Assembly (NCBI RefSeq): GCF_036321535.1
Contig: NC_087437.1
Span: 32,366,001-32,430,000 of the forward strand
Origin: Camelus dromedarius
Taxonomy: Eukaryota
DNA length: 64,000 nucleotides
Direction of reading: 5' to 3'
Both the position numbers and the translations under genes were made by a program. A model generated the notes under the pieces. That model saw only the letters and a program-made list of their open reading frames with translations. It had not been told where the DNA came from and ran no database searches. Below, one piece after another: positions 11,481-24,850 of this stretch. Every line of letters starts with the position of its first letter. Within the stretch, counting starts at the first letter, position 1.

Positions 11481-11982
11481 TGCGTGGAAGGAATAGTTGT
11501 AAAGATGTCCCATTCTAATCTCCTGTGCCCTTAAAAGAAGAGGAAGGCAGAAAGATGCAGCAGAGGAAATGTGAGGCAAAAGGGAAATTAGAAAGAATCA
11601 GAGTATGGATGAGGATTCTACTTGCCACTGTTGCCTTGAAGATGGAAGAAGGGAGCCATGAGACAAGAAATATGGGTGGCCTCTAGAAGCTGGGAGCCTC
11701 TGCTGGATGACAGTCAGCAAGGGAACAGGGATCTCAGTCCTACAACCTTATGGAACTAAACTCTGCCAGCAACTTGAATAAGCTTGGAAGCAGATTCATG
11801 CACACACAGAGCCTCCGTAAAGGAAGGCAATTATGCTGGTATCTTGACTTCAGCCTTGTGAGGTCCTAAGTAGAGAATCAGCTGAACCATACTGTGCCGG
11901 ACTCCTGACGTACAGAACTGTGAGACAACAGATGGGTTAATGTGTGGTTATTTGGTATGGCAATAACAGTGAACTGATATCA
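11481..11982 (+). mobile_element. MLT1 (MLT1D/E-like) MaLR solo LTR
   Basis: gccttgaagatggaagaagggagccatgag...ggcctctagaagctggga...cagtcagcaagggaacagggatctcagtcctacaacc...acagaactgtgaga. Confidence 0.85.
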
Positions 11983-13363
11983 CTGAAATGCCACTTTTAG
12001 TTTCCAAATTGCTTAAATTATTATGTTAGGAGTTTGGGGCCCTTCCCCTCTTTTCCTCCCAGGACTTCTTACTGGTAATATAGATGCCCAGGTGGTTAAC
12101 AGCCACTTGAAACACGAAGTACTGCTTTATTAATTTGGCCAAATACCAATAACCTCACAAAAGCAGGGTTCCTGGTAAACTTATATCCAAGAATATAGCT
12201 TTGGTCTGAGGCCAACTTGGAGCATCTTATGTCTTCCTTCCTGAACTGGAAATGGCTGGGCCCACAGCAATTCAGAAACTGGGTACAATGGGCTGAAAAT
12301 ATGGCCATGTTCCTGCCTAAGTGTGCTACCAACAAAGGGGTCACTGCCCCCAAGGGCAAGAGGGACATGTGGCAACTGAGAGCACAAGGATACCACCATT
12401 AGTAAAAGGTGACCTAGTGAATGTTAGGTGGTACCAATCAGATTAGGAATTTCTGTTCCACTAAGAAAAAGTGAGTTACGGATGTGTGAGAGGAAGGATG
12501 GAAGTTTCTTCTATAAAGAAGGCTACAAAATAAGGAGAAGTAGAAAGGACTCTCCCTGCCATTTTACAGACTAAGTACTCCTTCTGGGTGGTCATGGGAT
12601 GGGGAGGAGAATGTGGAAAACTGTGAATAAGTACCATTTGGCATACCGTGTCTGAATCTGGCAGAGTGAGTTCCTTTAAAGCACTAAATCCCAGATGCTT
12701 TTAAAGTAATTGTGATGACAGAAACAATCACTGGATATAAGAAAAGGAATAAAGAATTAGATTTTTCTCTATAAGTCTAACATTCGATTCTCACATGTGT
12801 TTATAATTCCTGACTGATACAAAAATGGATCATTTGAGAGGAGTCCTTTAGGATGGTATCAATATTCACTATTTTTGTCTACTGAATAGGAGTGAGGGGA
12901 AATTATGTTGAGTGCTTTGACACTAGGATCATTGCAAGAGTGGGGTTGATGATTACTTCAGGCACACAGAGTTTGAAGAGTTGGACCATCAAATATTAGT
13001 CTGAGAAGCACATGAAGACTTACCACCTAAGGTCAGAGGGCACATGGAGGAAAGACAGAGGGGAAAGTGGAGAGGACTGTGAGTTAGTTCCAGGAGTAAG
13101 TTGTCAGTTTTAGGAAAAGATTTTCAGAGGTGTTACAGGCATGTGAGATTATCAAGTAGGTGAGACATGTTTCAGTATAAATACATATATATTTACAACT
13201 ATTTGAAGTGTTCCTGGCCCTGGTATTTGTCCTAAATTTGAGAATATAGTACAATGGCTGCATCTCAAGAATTCACTTCAGTTTACTCTCTTTGAGAAAT
13301 AAGTTAACTAAGCCCTCTCTTATCTACAGAAAGGGGTATGTCACTTGGTCCTTCTGTCTCCTT

Positions 13364-13910
13364 TGTAGTTCTTAGACATCCAAGTGGAGATGTTGAGTAG
13401 ACAGTAGGATAAGTAATCTAGAGCTGGACTAAAGATGCATGTTTGGGATGTGCCGTTGTACACAGGTATTAACGCCATGAAGTGGGAGAGAGTGCAGATG
13501 GAGGAGTCTGCTGTGATCAGAGCTCTTGCCCATAACATACCTGGTAGAAAAGGAAAAACCAACAATGGAGATGAAATAGGGCTTTCCTGAGTTAGGGAAT
13601 ACAAGGAGAATGGTGTCACAGAAGCCAGAGAAGAGTGTTACAAGGAGGGCATGCTTAAAAAAAGAGAGTGTATTCAGCAAGGTCAGCTGCTACTGACAGA
13701 TGGAGTAAGATGAGAATGGAAGTTGGCAAATGGCTTTAGCAAGATACAAGTTATTGTGCAGGTTATTAGTGACCTTGATAAGGGCCAATTCAATGGAATG
13801 ATGGGGAGCAAAAGCCAGGATGAAGCCGGGTGGGTATGGAAAGAAAGATGAGGAAGTGGAGGCACAAAATATAAACAACTCTTTCCATGAGTTTTGTTGG
13901 GATAAGGCAA
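13364..13910 (-). mobile_element. L2 fragment
   Basis: agacatccaagtggagatgttgagtagacag; ggtgtcacagaagccagagaag; ttattagtgaccttgataagggc. Confidence 0.85.
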
Positions 13911-13987
13911 GGAGACATTTAGAATTATCTGAGGAGCATTATGTTGTTCTTTTTGTTTTGTTTTTCAGATGCATGTGCCAATGGGAA

Positions 13988-13989
<2 letters not shown>

Positions 13990-14023
<34 letters not shown>
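13990..14023. repeat. (TG)n microsatellite
   Basis: Direct reading of the sequence. Confidence 0.95.
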
Positions 14024-14032
<9 letters not shown>

Positions 14033-15569
14033 ATGACAGATTGATTATGGAAAAGAGATGTGCAAACATAAACCTATGCAATATTAAAGAATTTCAGAAA
14101 GCATATTGATATATAATCTTTAAGGGTAGTATTTGCTTGGCATTGTCTTTAATGGAATGAAAATACAATCAAGAGCAATCAAGGAGGTCTTCCTAATCTA
14201 AAAAGGCAAATTTTACTGTCACTCTTGCCCATGTCTTAAGTTCATAACCCTTTTCAAAAAGATAGGGTGGGGATAGCAGCAAATACAGTAACAGTAAAGG
14301 CAGCTGTTGGTTTCACTACCCTCTGCCATCCCTGAAGACAATCTTCTTATCTCGTGTTCAGAGATAGAAAGGAAGAGCACCATGAGGTGGTTTCTCCAAC
14401 GTGCCCCAGAAGCTGTGAGCTAGAATTATAGTGCTCACACCCTCTTTTCTTAAACACACACCCTGCCAACCCCTTAAATAAGAAAGAGATGACAAACACA
14501 AGAAATTAGTGGCTTGCTAAAGTCTTTATCCTGTCAAATACTTGAAGGCATGAGTAACATGGAAAAAAACTATCCTACAATATACCAGCCACATACGAAA
14601 TGTGAGAATTTTTTTCTGAATTGTATTTTTCTTTTTTTTTTTGGTCCAAATTGAAGCGTGATGAGAAAATTGTAGGCTGACTGCTGTAGTATGAGTCTCT
14701 GCTGATCCCCATATAAACACACAGGGATTAGGAGGATCACACACATTTGATAAAGAAATAAATGTCCAGCTTTTGTAGTCTTTGTGATATAGAAGAACTC
14801 TGATATGGTTTAATGGAAATTATAACAGAACTATTAATATAAGTAAGAAATTTTTAAAAACCCATTGACTTTGTTCCCTTGAAATGAGTGACTGGTTAAT
14901 AAATGGTTAGCAAGATTATTCAATTTGAAATATTAGGTTTCTGGTTCCTGTAATTTAGGTCTTACCTATCACTGGAAATTATCTAAATTGCTACATATAT
15001 ATTATTGTGTCATGTCAATAAGACTAAACATTTTTAAACATGTATATTCAAAGGTTATATTTATTTTTCAATAAGGAAAAAGTTTAATATATTTATAATA
15101 TACTTTTGACAAGAGATTAAAAAGGGTATTTTTTTAAAGGATATTTATCTAATTATTTGTTATCACAGGATATTGTTTATATTACATTTTGGTGAGGTTA
15201 TGGATATAGATTTCTTTTCAACTCTTATTTTTGTTGTTGAATTTTCTTCTTATCAAAGAAATTTTAAAAGATCATCCAGCATACTATTAAATAACTGTAA
15301 TACTGGGGGTACAGAGATGTTTTAATCTGCAGTGACAGTGTGCCTTATGCCATAACCTTCCAGATCTTACTAAATCCAGATTTGACTGTAGGGAATTCAT
15401 CTGATTCCATTATTTAGCTAAGTAGAATTTTATAGCCATTAAAAGCAAAGCAATAATTCCTCTCACTGAAGTCAAACATTAGACATTGTTTAATATATTT
15501 AATTATAACCTAACTGAGTCCTGGGACACTGCTGGCCCACTGATGGACTTCATATGTTATTATTAATTT

Positions 15570-15800
15570 AATAATAACTTTTATTGAGTACTTATTCCTT
15601 ATTCTGTGCCAGGCACTCAACTATATACTTTACATACATTATCTTGTTTAATCTTTTAAATAACCATGAGAAGTAAGCACTATTTGTGTTCCAAATTTAC
15701 ATCTTAGGAAAAGAGGTTCAGAAAGGTTGTGTAATTTGCCCAAGATTACACAGTTTGTTATTAAAGCCAGAATTGCAACTAGGTCCTGACTTAGGCCACA
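15570..15800 (-). mobile_element. MIR SINE
   Basis: ttttattgagtacttatt...tgtgccaggcact...gtaatttgcccaagattacacag. Confidence 0.85.
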
Positions 15801-16029
15801 TTATGATATGTTGAAATAGAGAACTTCTCATTCCCAAAACTGATATCCCTGGAGTTAACATTTACTGTATGATAAAACCTATGCTTTTTGGCCACTCTAC
15901 CTCTAACAATTTGCTGAGATAAGAGCGCTTATGGCCACTCTGTGGTATTCTTCACTGCTTTTTATTGCTCCAGGATAAAAGAGGGCCAGCACAGAACTGT
16001 CACGGCAGACATGCTTGTGGGTACACGAT

Positions 16030-16480
16030 GCTCACTTCTCAGTCCAGTCATCTGCTGTTTAGTAAGCACCACTCTACACCAGGCACTGTGCTCGAGTGTG
16101 GGACAAAACAGACCTGGGCTTTGTCCTCATAGAACTATCAAATGGTTGAGACACACACTGAATAAATAAATTATAGATAAATCAATACAAGAAGTACTTT
16201 AGAGGGAGAAAATCTGGTTTCTATGAAACAGAATAACCAATATTTGGTTATTTTATATTAGGAGGTCAAGGGAAGCTCTACAAAGAAGGGGCATTTGAAC
16301 TAAAGCCATTATAGACATATCTTTAAAAGGGGCAGATGAAAAGGCTATAAGAACTCACTCATTCAGCAAATATCTGCTGAGGACTTACTGTCTGCGAAGT
16401 ACTGTGTTACATGCAAAAACTACAAGACAACAGTGGTGAACAAGGCAGGAATGGTCCTATCACCTGAGAGCTTCTAGTCT
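16030..16480 (-). mobile_element. Two L2 3'-end fragments
   Basis: caccaggcactgtgct; cactcattcagcaaatatctgctgaggacttact. Confidence 0.7.
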
Positions 16481-17426
16481 TGTGAAAACATCAAATGTAA
16501 GATCTCATTGAAGATATAAGAAATTAATATAGAAAAAGTGAATTTAAAGAGAAAGAAGCCAGTGAATGTAAATACCTATGTTAGTAATTTTTTTTTTCTG
16601 GACAATTAAGAGTATTCAAGACCTATTCAGCTCCAACACTCTGAATCATCGTGCTATGTCTAGAAGGTGTTATTATAATTAAGTTCTCAAAAAAAAAAAA
16701 AAAAGGAGTATTGAAAATGCTATAATCATTCAATTCAGAAGTTAAGGAAAATAAATGATCAGGTTTCTAAGAAAGAAACCTACACTGGGTCATGGTTTCA
16801 GGCAGCACCCGCACATATCTGTCCTACAGGTGGTGCAGTGCAGCTGGATTATTTCAGGTTCACTTAAGTGGTGGATTCAGTTCAAACCACAGACAAAGAA
16901 GCATGTTGGTAAATAATTTCTGCTGGCCTAGAAATTAACCATCATTGGTAACATGTCACATACTGCTAGGCTGGGCAGGAGTAGTCTTGTGATTGATGTC
17001 AAATTTATAGATGCTGAGAAAAAGCTTGGTTATCTATTCATTTCACCTGGAATTCATTATTTCAGATGTCATTTGATAGATACCATGAACTGCCTAATCT
17101 TCAAACAACAGAACACCTGTTTCCTTAATTTTTGTCTTTAAGAAAGAAAAATCCTTGTTTATGATGACCATATAAAGCCAAGGGTTCACTTTCTAGAGAT
17201 TAAATAGAGATCTGCTTCTAACAAGGTGTCTCTGACTGTTCTGTTAAGTTGAAACAATTGTTGCTCAACTCTGCCTAAGTATCTTTGTATCTTTGAAACA
17301 AATAAATCAACCAGCCAGATAAACAACAACAAACACTCTAGAAACAAAGTACCAAAGAGCTATTAGGAAGCTGCCTCCTTCCTAAGAAAACACTAGTCAG
17401 ATGTTCTAATGTGGAGAGAATTCTCT

Positions 17427-17442
17427 CCAGCAGGGGGCAGTG
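17427..17442 (+). promoter_or_regulatory. CTCF-binding motif
   Basis: CCAGCAGGGGGCAGTG fits the core consensus CCASYAGRKGGCRS at all 14 positions. Confidence 0.65.
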
Positions 17443-17758
17443 TCAAGGCCCCGACACTGATTTAGATTCATCCCCTCCCCTGCTTTCCATCTTGAATATT
17501 TCTCCCTAATTCCTGCTGCCACCATAACCCCAATCCAAGGGGCACTGCCCCTTTTATCACTCTAGACGAGCTATTGCCCAAATTTTCCCCTTAATGCCCA
17601 GCTGAGACCTGTCCAGGACATTTAAGAAAATACTAAGGATTTTTTTTAAACTAAAGGAAAGAGCTTGAGAAAGAAATATGAAACTAGGTCATCCATTCAG
17701 CTTGTAAAATAGGGCCTGTTGTCCTGGGTTCAAGACCCGTCCCACTCCAGCCCTGTGT

Positions 17759-17786
17759 CTGCCACCTCGTAGTGGACGCCATCTTG
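17759..17786 (-). promoter_or_regulatory. CTCF-like motif with adjacent YY1 motif
   Basis: Minus-strand CTACGAGGTGGCAG (12/14 to the CTCF core, 17759-17772) and CAAGATGGCG (YY1, 17777-17786). Confidence 0.45.
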
Positions 17787-18343
17787 GTACCCACTATCAC
17801 AGAGCACATTCCAAAACATCTCAGCAACTAAGAGAGGAAACCCCAGAGGGCAAACTACAGAAGAGGTAGTATCCAGTACTCTGGTGTCCAGTCTCAGGTG
17901 AGGCCTCTTCCCCAGGACTGAAGCCTGGATGACCACCTCCTACAGAGGACAAGCTGCTCCCTACTCATGGGGTGAGGCCTAAACAGGACAACCACCTATG
18001 AGTACACTCCAGTAATGCTCACACAAGTGGCAGTGGTAAAGAACAGCAGGAAGACCATTCCACAAACAAAAAAGGGGGGGGGGGGCATGAAATGAGGAAA
18101 GAAGCAAACTGTTGGCACCACCCATTTTCTGAGTGTGCACAAAGAAGCAAGGCAAGCTTTAAGGGAATGCCCTGGGCCATTGTGGCCAATTCTTTGGTGC
18201 TGCTACTCTTTAGGTGGGGTGAGATTGGGGGGGGGCAGGGAGGAGCCATCTGAGGGCCCCACCACTGCACAGCTTGGAGAAGTAAACTTAGAATTTCAAG
18301 TAAAAGCAGAAAATCTGGAGAAGGGCTCTTTGTCTCTCTCCAG

Positions 18344-18503
18344 GTCAGTGATGGTGGTTGACACAAGCACATATTATCCTTTTCACCACCTCCCCAGCCA
18401 TCATTAGGCAACCTGAAAAATCTGAGTAATATTGACTTTCAAGTATATCTCTGGACATAGCTAAAATTAACCCCAGAGAAAGGACTCTCTGGAAAAATTA
18501 GAG
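18344..18503 (+). other. Candidate 160-nt non-coding exon
   Basis: Strong acceptor ctctttgtctctctccag|G and donor GAG|GTAAGT; stops in all three frames. Confidence 0.35.
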
Positions 18504-19698
18504 GTAAGTGACTCTCCAGATACATTTGGGCACATGACATTGGCTTCCTCAGGGACAGGACTTTCATAGTCAGGGAGAGAAGAGGGAAATCAGTAAGGAG
18601 CAAAAATCATCCTCTATCCCAATGTATATCCCTTCTCCCAACAATCCTGCAGGTGCTCTGTCTAGAGTACTTCAGTGGAAGGAGCTGACAGCACCTCAAC
18701 TTCCCCAGTTTCCAGAGGCTACAGCATCCCTTATCAAAAGGATGTATGGGTACCACGGCAATCCCATAGATCAAGTGCCGTAAAACACTTCTGATGCTCT
18801 CCACAGACAGTGAGGATGGGCTTGCAAGAAAAAAATTCAAAACTCTGTATGTGGTTATTACATGTATTTCTATGAAAATTTTTTATATGAAACAATTCTT
18901 TTTTTTTTTTTAAAAAGGTCATTCTCAGCAACTCTTTCTTTCTACTTTAGATGAAAGATGCCAGTAGGAGATATTACTGGGTCTCCCAAAATATAAAATA
19001 AGTCAACTAAACATTAACAAGACCTTAAAGGGGATAATAAAGCCAAACCACACTGGATATGGACCACAGCATGATATTCTAATAGAAAACTAACAATTAC
19101 AGAGCCCAGTGGATTCTGGAAGGCAGCAAAGGAGATCATGACTTGCACTGTTTTCGTTCTGTTCTGCAGCTCTCCAGTCAAAACATCTGAAGTCATTCTG
19201 CAAATCTATCATAGAAAGGGCCTCTTTTCTCCTTGATGTGCATCTGTGCGAAGTCCAGGATCTAAATACCAGATAGAATAACTATATTAACAACTGTGTT
19301 TCTAAGCCGCAGGAAACGAAGACATTCTCTGATCTTGACCAAGTCCACAAATGGAATCTACATCATCCAGCTACACTCGGGACACCCTAATGGCTTTGTG
19401 CACTCCCTTTTGAACACAAGAAAAATATCAGACAGATAAACTTCATTGAAAATAGAAACTTCTCTTGTGGCTTTTCACCTAAGACAAGTGAATTCAGCAT
19501 TGTTGGTATTATCAGTAACTAGTATCCCATACATATAAATGTTTTCATCATCAGCTCAGAATATTGTGAAAAATGATGGCTCTCCACGTGGTCATCACAA
19601 AAAAAGCTAATTAGTGAAGTATTCTGGAAGGTTTAAGGAAGGTATCTGGAAGGTATAAGGCAACATATAAGCCAACAGATGTAAGCAATTTTTACAGT

Positions 19699-19750
19699 AA
19701 ACATTATTTTATTATCATTAATAAACTAAAACATTATTTTATTATCATTA
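19699..19750. repeat. Local duplication of aaacattattttattatcatta (22 bp x2, period 30)
   Basis: Identical copies at 19699-19720 and 19729-19750. Confidence 0.9.
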
Positions 19751-21009
19751 TGTATTGCTGTTACTTAAGAGCAAAACCAAATTTCCCTGGGTATGGACTC
19801 AAATTGAAGTGGACACTAATTAATAAAATATAATTTAATAGTTTCTCCAAGGGAAGTTTAAATAATAATTTTTTCAGTCCTAGGCCAAAAGTAGCTGGAA
19901 CACTCTGGAAAGGGATATGGCCTACTGATAATTAATGCTACTTACTCCCTACAGATCTGTCTTCCAATTACCAACTAGCTGAAGTTCTTAGCTTGTAAAA
20001 ACTGAGGAGTTCACAACCTCAGGAAATATTGTTGTAAGCCGTGTGTGTGTTGAGGGTGGGTGAAGCAAAGGTGACCATTTGTCTCAAATGGTTAAAGCAG
20101 TGTGAAAAAACAAAAACTTTGGTGGCACATAGGTAACCCCTACGTATTTTCAAAGGGCTGAGTCAGACCATCACCCCTCAGACAACACTTCCAGATTCTT
20201 CCCTACAAAAATTCCCCCTCACTCGGTACCTTTTAAATTCTCATTTATATCCATACCCCTCCCTGTCTGGACACAGTTGCATTTAAGGGAGGAGCGGGGA
20301 GGCATAGGCCACAGGAATCTGTATCCACACCTTCCTATATTCAAAAAAAGATGAAAGAGAAAGAAATAAGTGTCAGTTTGTATTAAAAGTGTACAGCGTC
20401 CTTCTTTCTATTTGTGTGGTGTCATTCTGGCATTCAAAGAAAGCTGATGACTAACACCCATCACAGAGCTTAGAGCAGCCCCATTGTGACAGAAGGTGCC
20501 CTTCCTCTGCTTTTCATTCTTATAGTTCAGTGTAACCTAGCTCCTAGTTGCTGGGAGCATGCAATGAAATTGGAAACTAAGAGGCCCTAAAAGGACATGC
20601 TCTTCTCATGAAAGAAGCTGTTCTCAAAGGTGCTTCACTCATTTGGCCACCTCGGCTCAGGGCAGAGGGCTACCTCCCATGAGGCAAGGGGGATATGTGG
20701 GCTTCAAGACTCAACCATGAATAGAGTTGGTGTCAGCAGGGTGAAGAACGTCAGAGTGAAGGAATGGGTCCCTGACCACAGTGTGTTCATGCCACACACT
20801 GATTCTTTCTGGTTCCTGCTCCCTAAATCTTCTTTACATTCCATTTTTAATGAGCATCTTCAGTGCCCATTACCTCTGAAATGCCACATCTCAGAGGAAA
20901 AAAAGCAAGACTGTGACCATGATTGTCTTAAGTTGTTTTAGTACACCAGAATTTCAGGGACTTTACAGAGCTCCATAAATAGAAAAGTGAGGCTGGACCT
21001 GTCCAGTAT

Positions 21010-21183
21010 TGGGCATTTCCATAAGATAAAAAAATTCAGATCCCAGTTCTGCTCCAGGTTTGCACATAACCTTGAGCAAGTCCATTTGCCTCCCGGAGTC
21101 TCAGTTTTCACCTCTGGAGAAATGCGTGGACTAGACTAAATTGTCTCCAGCATTCCTTCCAGCAATGAAATTCTATGACCTAT
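21010..21183 (+). mobile_element. MIR3-like SINE
   Basis: accttgagcaagtcc...gtctcagttttcacctctg...ccttccagc...attctatga. Confidence 0.75.
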
Positions 21184-21658
21184 AATTATTACATGGGTGG
21201 TATATTTCAATACTTAGCAGAAATTAGAAATGTCAAGAAAAAAAGCCTCTTTAAACACTTCTAAAACTTGGAGCTTTGATTTTGCAGTAATCTTAAAGGC
21301 TTAAAACCTGCCAACACTCCCAAGTTTATGTCTTTGTCAACCAAGGATGGAAGAATTGGAAGAAGTCTGGTTTGAACAAATCCCAGTTACAATACTTTTT
21401 TTGCCCAGGAGGGTTTTATTTTGCTTAATCTTTTTTACTGATGTTAATTTTGAGGAAAATATGGTCCAATTGTTTCTGAGCCATTTTGAAATTCAACAAA
21501 ATACAATTTACTTCCAGTTATTTGCTGTCTAACCCCAAACCCTATAAGCTCATTTATCTTTTCACTAGGTGTTTCTGTGGCAGTGACTAGATACAACACT
21601 GAAAAGGCCCAAATCTGGATTTAGACATGGAACCCAAAGAGTTTGAAAAGACTCTGAA

Positions 21659-21872
21659 GGGAACTGTGTATAACTCAGTGGTAGGGTGCGTGCTTAGCAT
21701 GCACAAAGTCCTGGGTTCAATCCCCAGCACCTCCATTTAGTAAAAAAACCTAATCCTGTGCCACACCCCACCCCGCAACCCCCGTGAAAAACAAAATTAA
21801 ATTAAAAAATAGCTTTTAGAAAGTTTTTTTAAAAACTGAGCAATATTTATTAAAAAAAAAAAAAAAAAAAAA
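21659..21872 (+). mobile_element. tRNA-Ala-derived SINE (camelid Vic-1-like) with poly(A) tail and TSD
   Basis: Head tataactcagtggtagggtgcgtgcttagcatgcacaaagtcctgggttcaatccccagcacctcca resembles tRNA-Ala(AGC) with A and B boxes. A21 tail. TSD aaaagactctgaa (21646-21658) / aaaagactttgta (21869-21881). Confidence 0.85.
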
Positions 21873-22737
21873 GACTTTGTATGTGCCCAAACTTTGTCTC
21901 CCTTGGCAGGCTTTTATCAGGAGCATGACTGTTGTCATGGCTGAACTATGAAGTTAATTTTAAAAATGGTTGGCCTATCTGCCTTTCTTTTTCACAGACA
22001 CTCTCCTACTGGGTCTTCATCAGGACATAATGCTTTTCTTGGAAACTTCAGGCTAAACTACCATCACTTTCCAGCTTCCTTGAAACTCTGCAGAGGTGGC
22101 AACATTGACAGCACGTAACAGGTGTGTTCATCTTAAATTCCTACTGAGGGAAATTGTTAGCCAACCTTTTCCATAGCAGGAATGATATCTGTCTGGTTGC
22201 CACACGCCCTCCAATGCCAAGGCAAGAGGCTGGTACACAGAAGGCGCACAAAAATATGTGTGATTCAACACATTCTGAGACAACACACACTAAAGTGAAT
22301 GAATAAGGTACATGAAAAGAATAAAATCATAATCACAGACCTCCCAGACTGGTCATCAGGAATTTCTCCAGAAACAATTACTTTCTGGAAAAGTAGGATA
22401 TCTATATTCTGTAGTTGTTCCCTTTGTAAAACTTTGATGAGAATAGAGGATTCCAAGAATAATAAGCAGTTCTGGCTTATTTAACCAAAAGATATGAATA
22501 GCTGTAGAGCTCTATAGCACCTGCTGTTATTTTATCAAAAGCAAATTACTTTTTATAACTGAATTCATCCTGAACTGGCCATTTTGATTAGTGAAAAATA
22601 GTTATTTTGATTATTTTTCTCCATTGAATTGAATTTTACTAGTTGTTTCCACATACTATCAGCATACTCCAAATCACCTTATTGGAAGATTCCCTCTTCT
22701 TTTTTTATCCTCAGTCAATAGTTTCTGCCTTTAGTTA

Positions 22738-23340
22738 GCACTCATTTGCTCAGCAGATAAATGAGAGCTTCTTCTGTGCCAGGCTCTGGAGAAACAGCAG
22801 AGAAAAAATGTAGAGGCAGTCCCTGCCCTCATGGAACATATATTTGAGCAGGAAGAGATGAATGATAGATCAATAATCACATACCTAAGATAATGTCAGA
22901 AAGTAAGAGCTGAAAGCAACTATGGTAAGGGAGGCTGGGGATACCAGGCAGAGGCCAAGCCTGAGGCAGAAAGAAGCTTCAAGCATTTGAAGGATCAAAA
23001 AATAAGGCCAGCATGGGAGATGGAGATAGTACAAGTTGAGAGCAAACAAGGCTGGACCTCGTGGGGTCTGGCAGGCCATGCTGAGGAACCTGCTGCAGAG
23101 TTTGAAGCTAGAGGGGACCTACCATGACTCCTAAAAGATTCCTCTGGCTCCATGGGAGGTGGATTCTAGGAGGGCGTGAATGCTGCTGCCCAGGTGTGGC
23201 ATGAGTGGTCACAGACTCAGGTGGTGGCAGTGGGGACAAAGCAAATAGGTAAGAGAGAGATCTCACTGGCAAAGGCAATAGGACTTGCTTTGCTGATTGA
23301 CTATGGGAGGTGAGAGAAAAAGCCAGAGTGATACCTTATT
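22738..23340 (-). mobile_element. L2 fragment
   Basis: cactcatttgctcagcagataaatgagagc...tgtgccaggc...gtccctgccctcatgga...aaagattcctctggct. Confidence 0.8.
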
Positions 23341-24299
23341 GAAATTAATGAGATCTCCTAATTAGGATAGCATTTTACCATAAACAAATTATTAAGCACT
23401 TTTCCTGCCAGTATCACTGTCCTGCCTTCAGGAATAGGCTTAAAGATCATTAAAAAGGCATCTGACAGGAGTCAAGGGACCTCTAATACTTTATAACCAT
23501 GGGGAAGGGAACTGCAGAAGTCAAGTTATAATAACATGTCACAGTCATAAAGCACGTTGCTATTTACAAAGTGCTTTCATATCCATGGTCTCCCTCACAC
23601 TTTTTATTCTCCTTCAATTTATATGACATTTCCATAGAATGGGGTGAATTAGTAAGCTGATGCATTCATGTAGGAAAAAAAAAACAGATTCTGATGAAGA
23701 GTTTGTTGACACTCCACTGCTTATTATAAATTTTTTTTTCCTAAAACCTTGCCTGATGACAAGAACACCTCTTCTAACAAAAATCTTCTTCAGTAATTTA
23801 AAAGAAAGACTTTTTCATTATCTTTTGTTTCAGCACTATCCATAGATCACCCTGACCAGACTTAATAAAAATAAGATTCAATCAGAGCTTTAAGAATTTC
23901 AGCATTATGAAAGTTTTGAAATGATTACACTTTTCCCCAAATGAAAAGGAAATTCAGATTGTTATGCATGAATAAATTAGGGCCATAACCTCCCAGGCCT
24001 GCATACAGATCAAAGCAGGCTTTTGCCCCAAAGCAGGCTGAGAGTGGGAGCTGTATGCAAACAAGGGCTATGATCTTTCCAAGTAAATGGTCGTGATGCT
24101 CTCAGCCAGACAGCATGAGGAACCCTACCCAGGAGCCTTGGACAAAGGGACTAGTGGGTTCTGCTCCGCCAGAAAAGGACCAACCAATGTGCCCATCCTA
24201 TCTAAGGCATTCTCCTGGGAGAAGATGGTGTGGCTGAGAATCATGGAGAGTGCAATGGCTTCAGGGAAGTGCCGACCATCACAATATGCCTCAGGATAA

Positions 24300-24440
24300 A
24301 GTGGAAAGGGCAGGGACTTCAGGGACCAGTGGCCAGGATTAGAGTGCTAGTTCCATGATGTGAATTCATCCTCCTCTATGAGATGGAGATAATTTACTCT
24401 CTTACAGGATTCATGGTAGGATTAAAACCCATAATATAAA
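24300..24440 (+). mobile_element. MIR remnant
   Basis: tcctcctctatgagatggagataat...cttacaggatt...aggattaaa. Confidence 0.5.
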
Positions 24441-24547
24441 ACAGATATACTAATGATTGTTGTGAACATGATTAAATATATCAAAGGCAATCTTTATTAG
24501 GCATGAAAATTAAGGAGATTATTGATAAATGTTCTCACTGATCACTC

Positions 24548-24850
24548 TTCAAGTCAATTCAACGACCGTTTACTCAAGTATGGTCCTAGGCACAGTAAAA
24601 ATTAAAAAGACATTGTTTCTGCCTTCACATTTCTCTCTGTCTCCTGAGGTATATCTGACTATAATCCAAGATAGACTGTGAGAATACATATCAGAAACAC
24701 AGGTAGGGACCTATGAAAGCACAGGACTGAGGGAGGCATTCATCCCAGTTGAGGACTGAAGAAGGCCTCACAGAGGAGATGGGAGTGAAGAGTGAGAAGG
24801 GTTTCAATAGTATGAGATAAAAGAGAAGACCAGCAGCAAATGCATAAAGA
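24548..24850 (-). mobile_element. L2 fragment
   Basis: attcaacgaccgtttact...gtcctaggcac...gaaggcctcacagaggag. Confidence 0.6.

Noticed and set aside
21659..21736. Possible tRNA-Ala gene
   Set aside because: The acceptor stem is disrupted and it is followed by a SINE body, poly(A) and TSD, so it is a SINE head.
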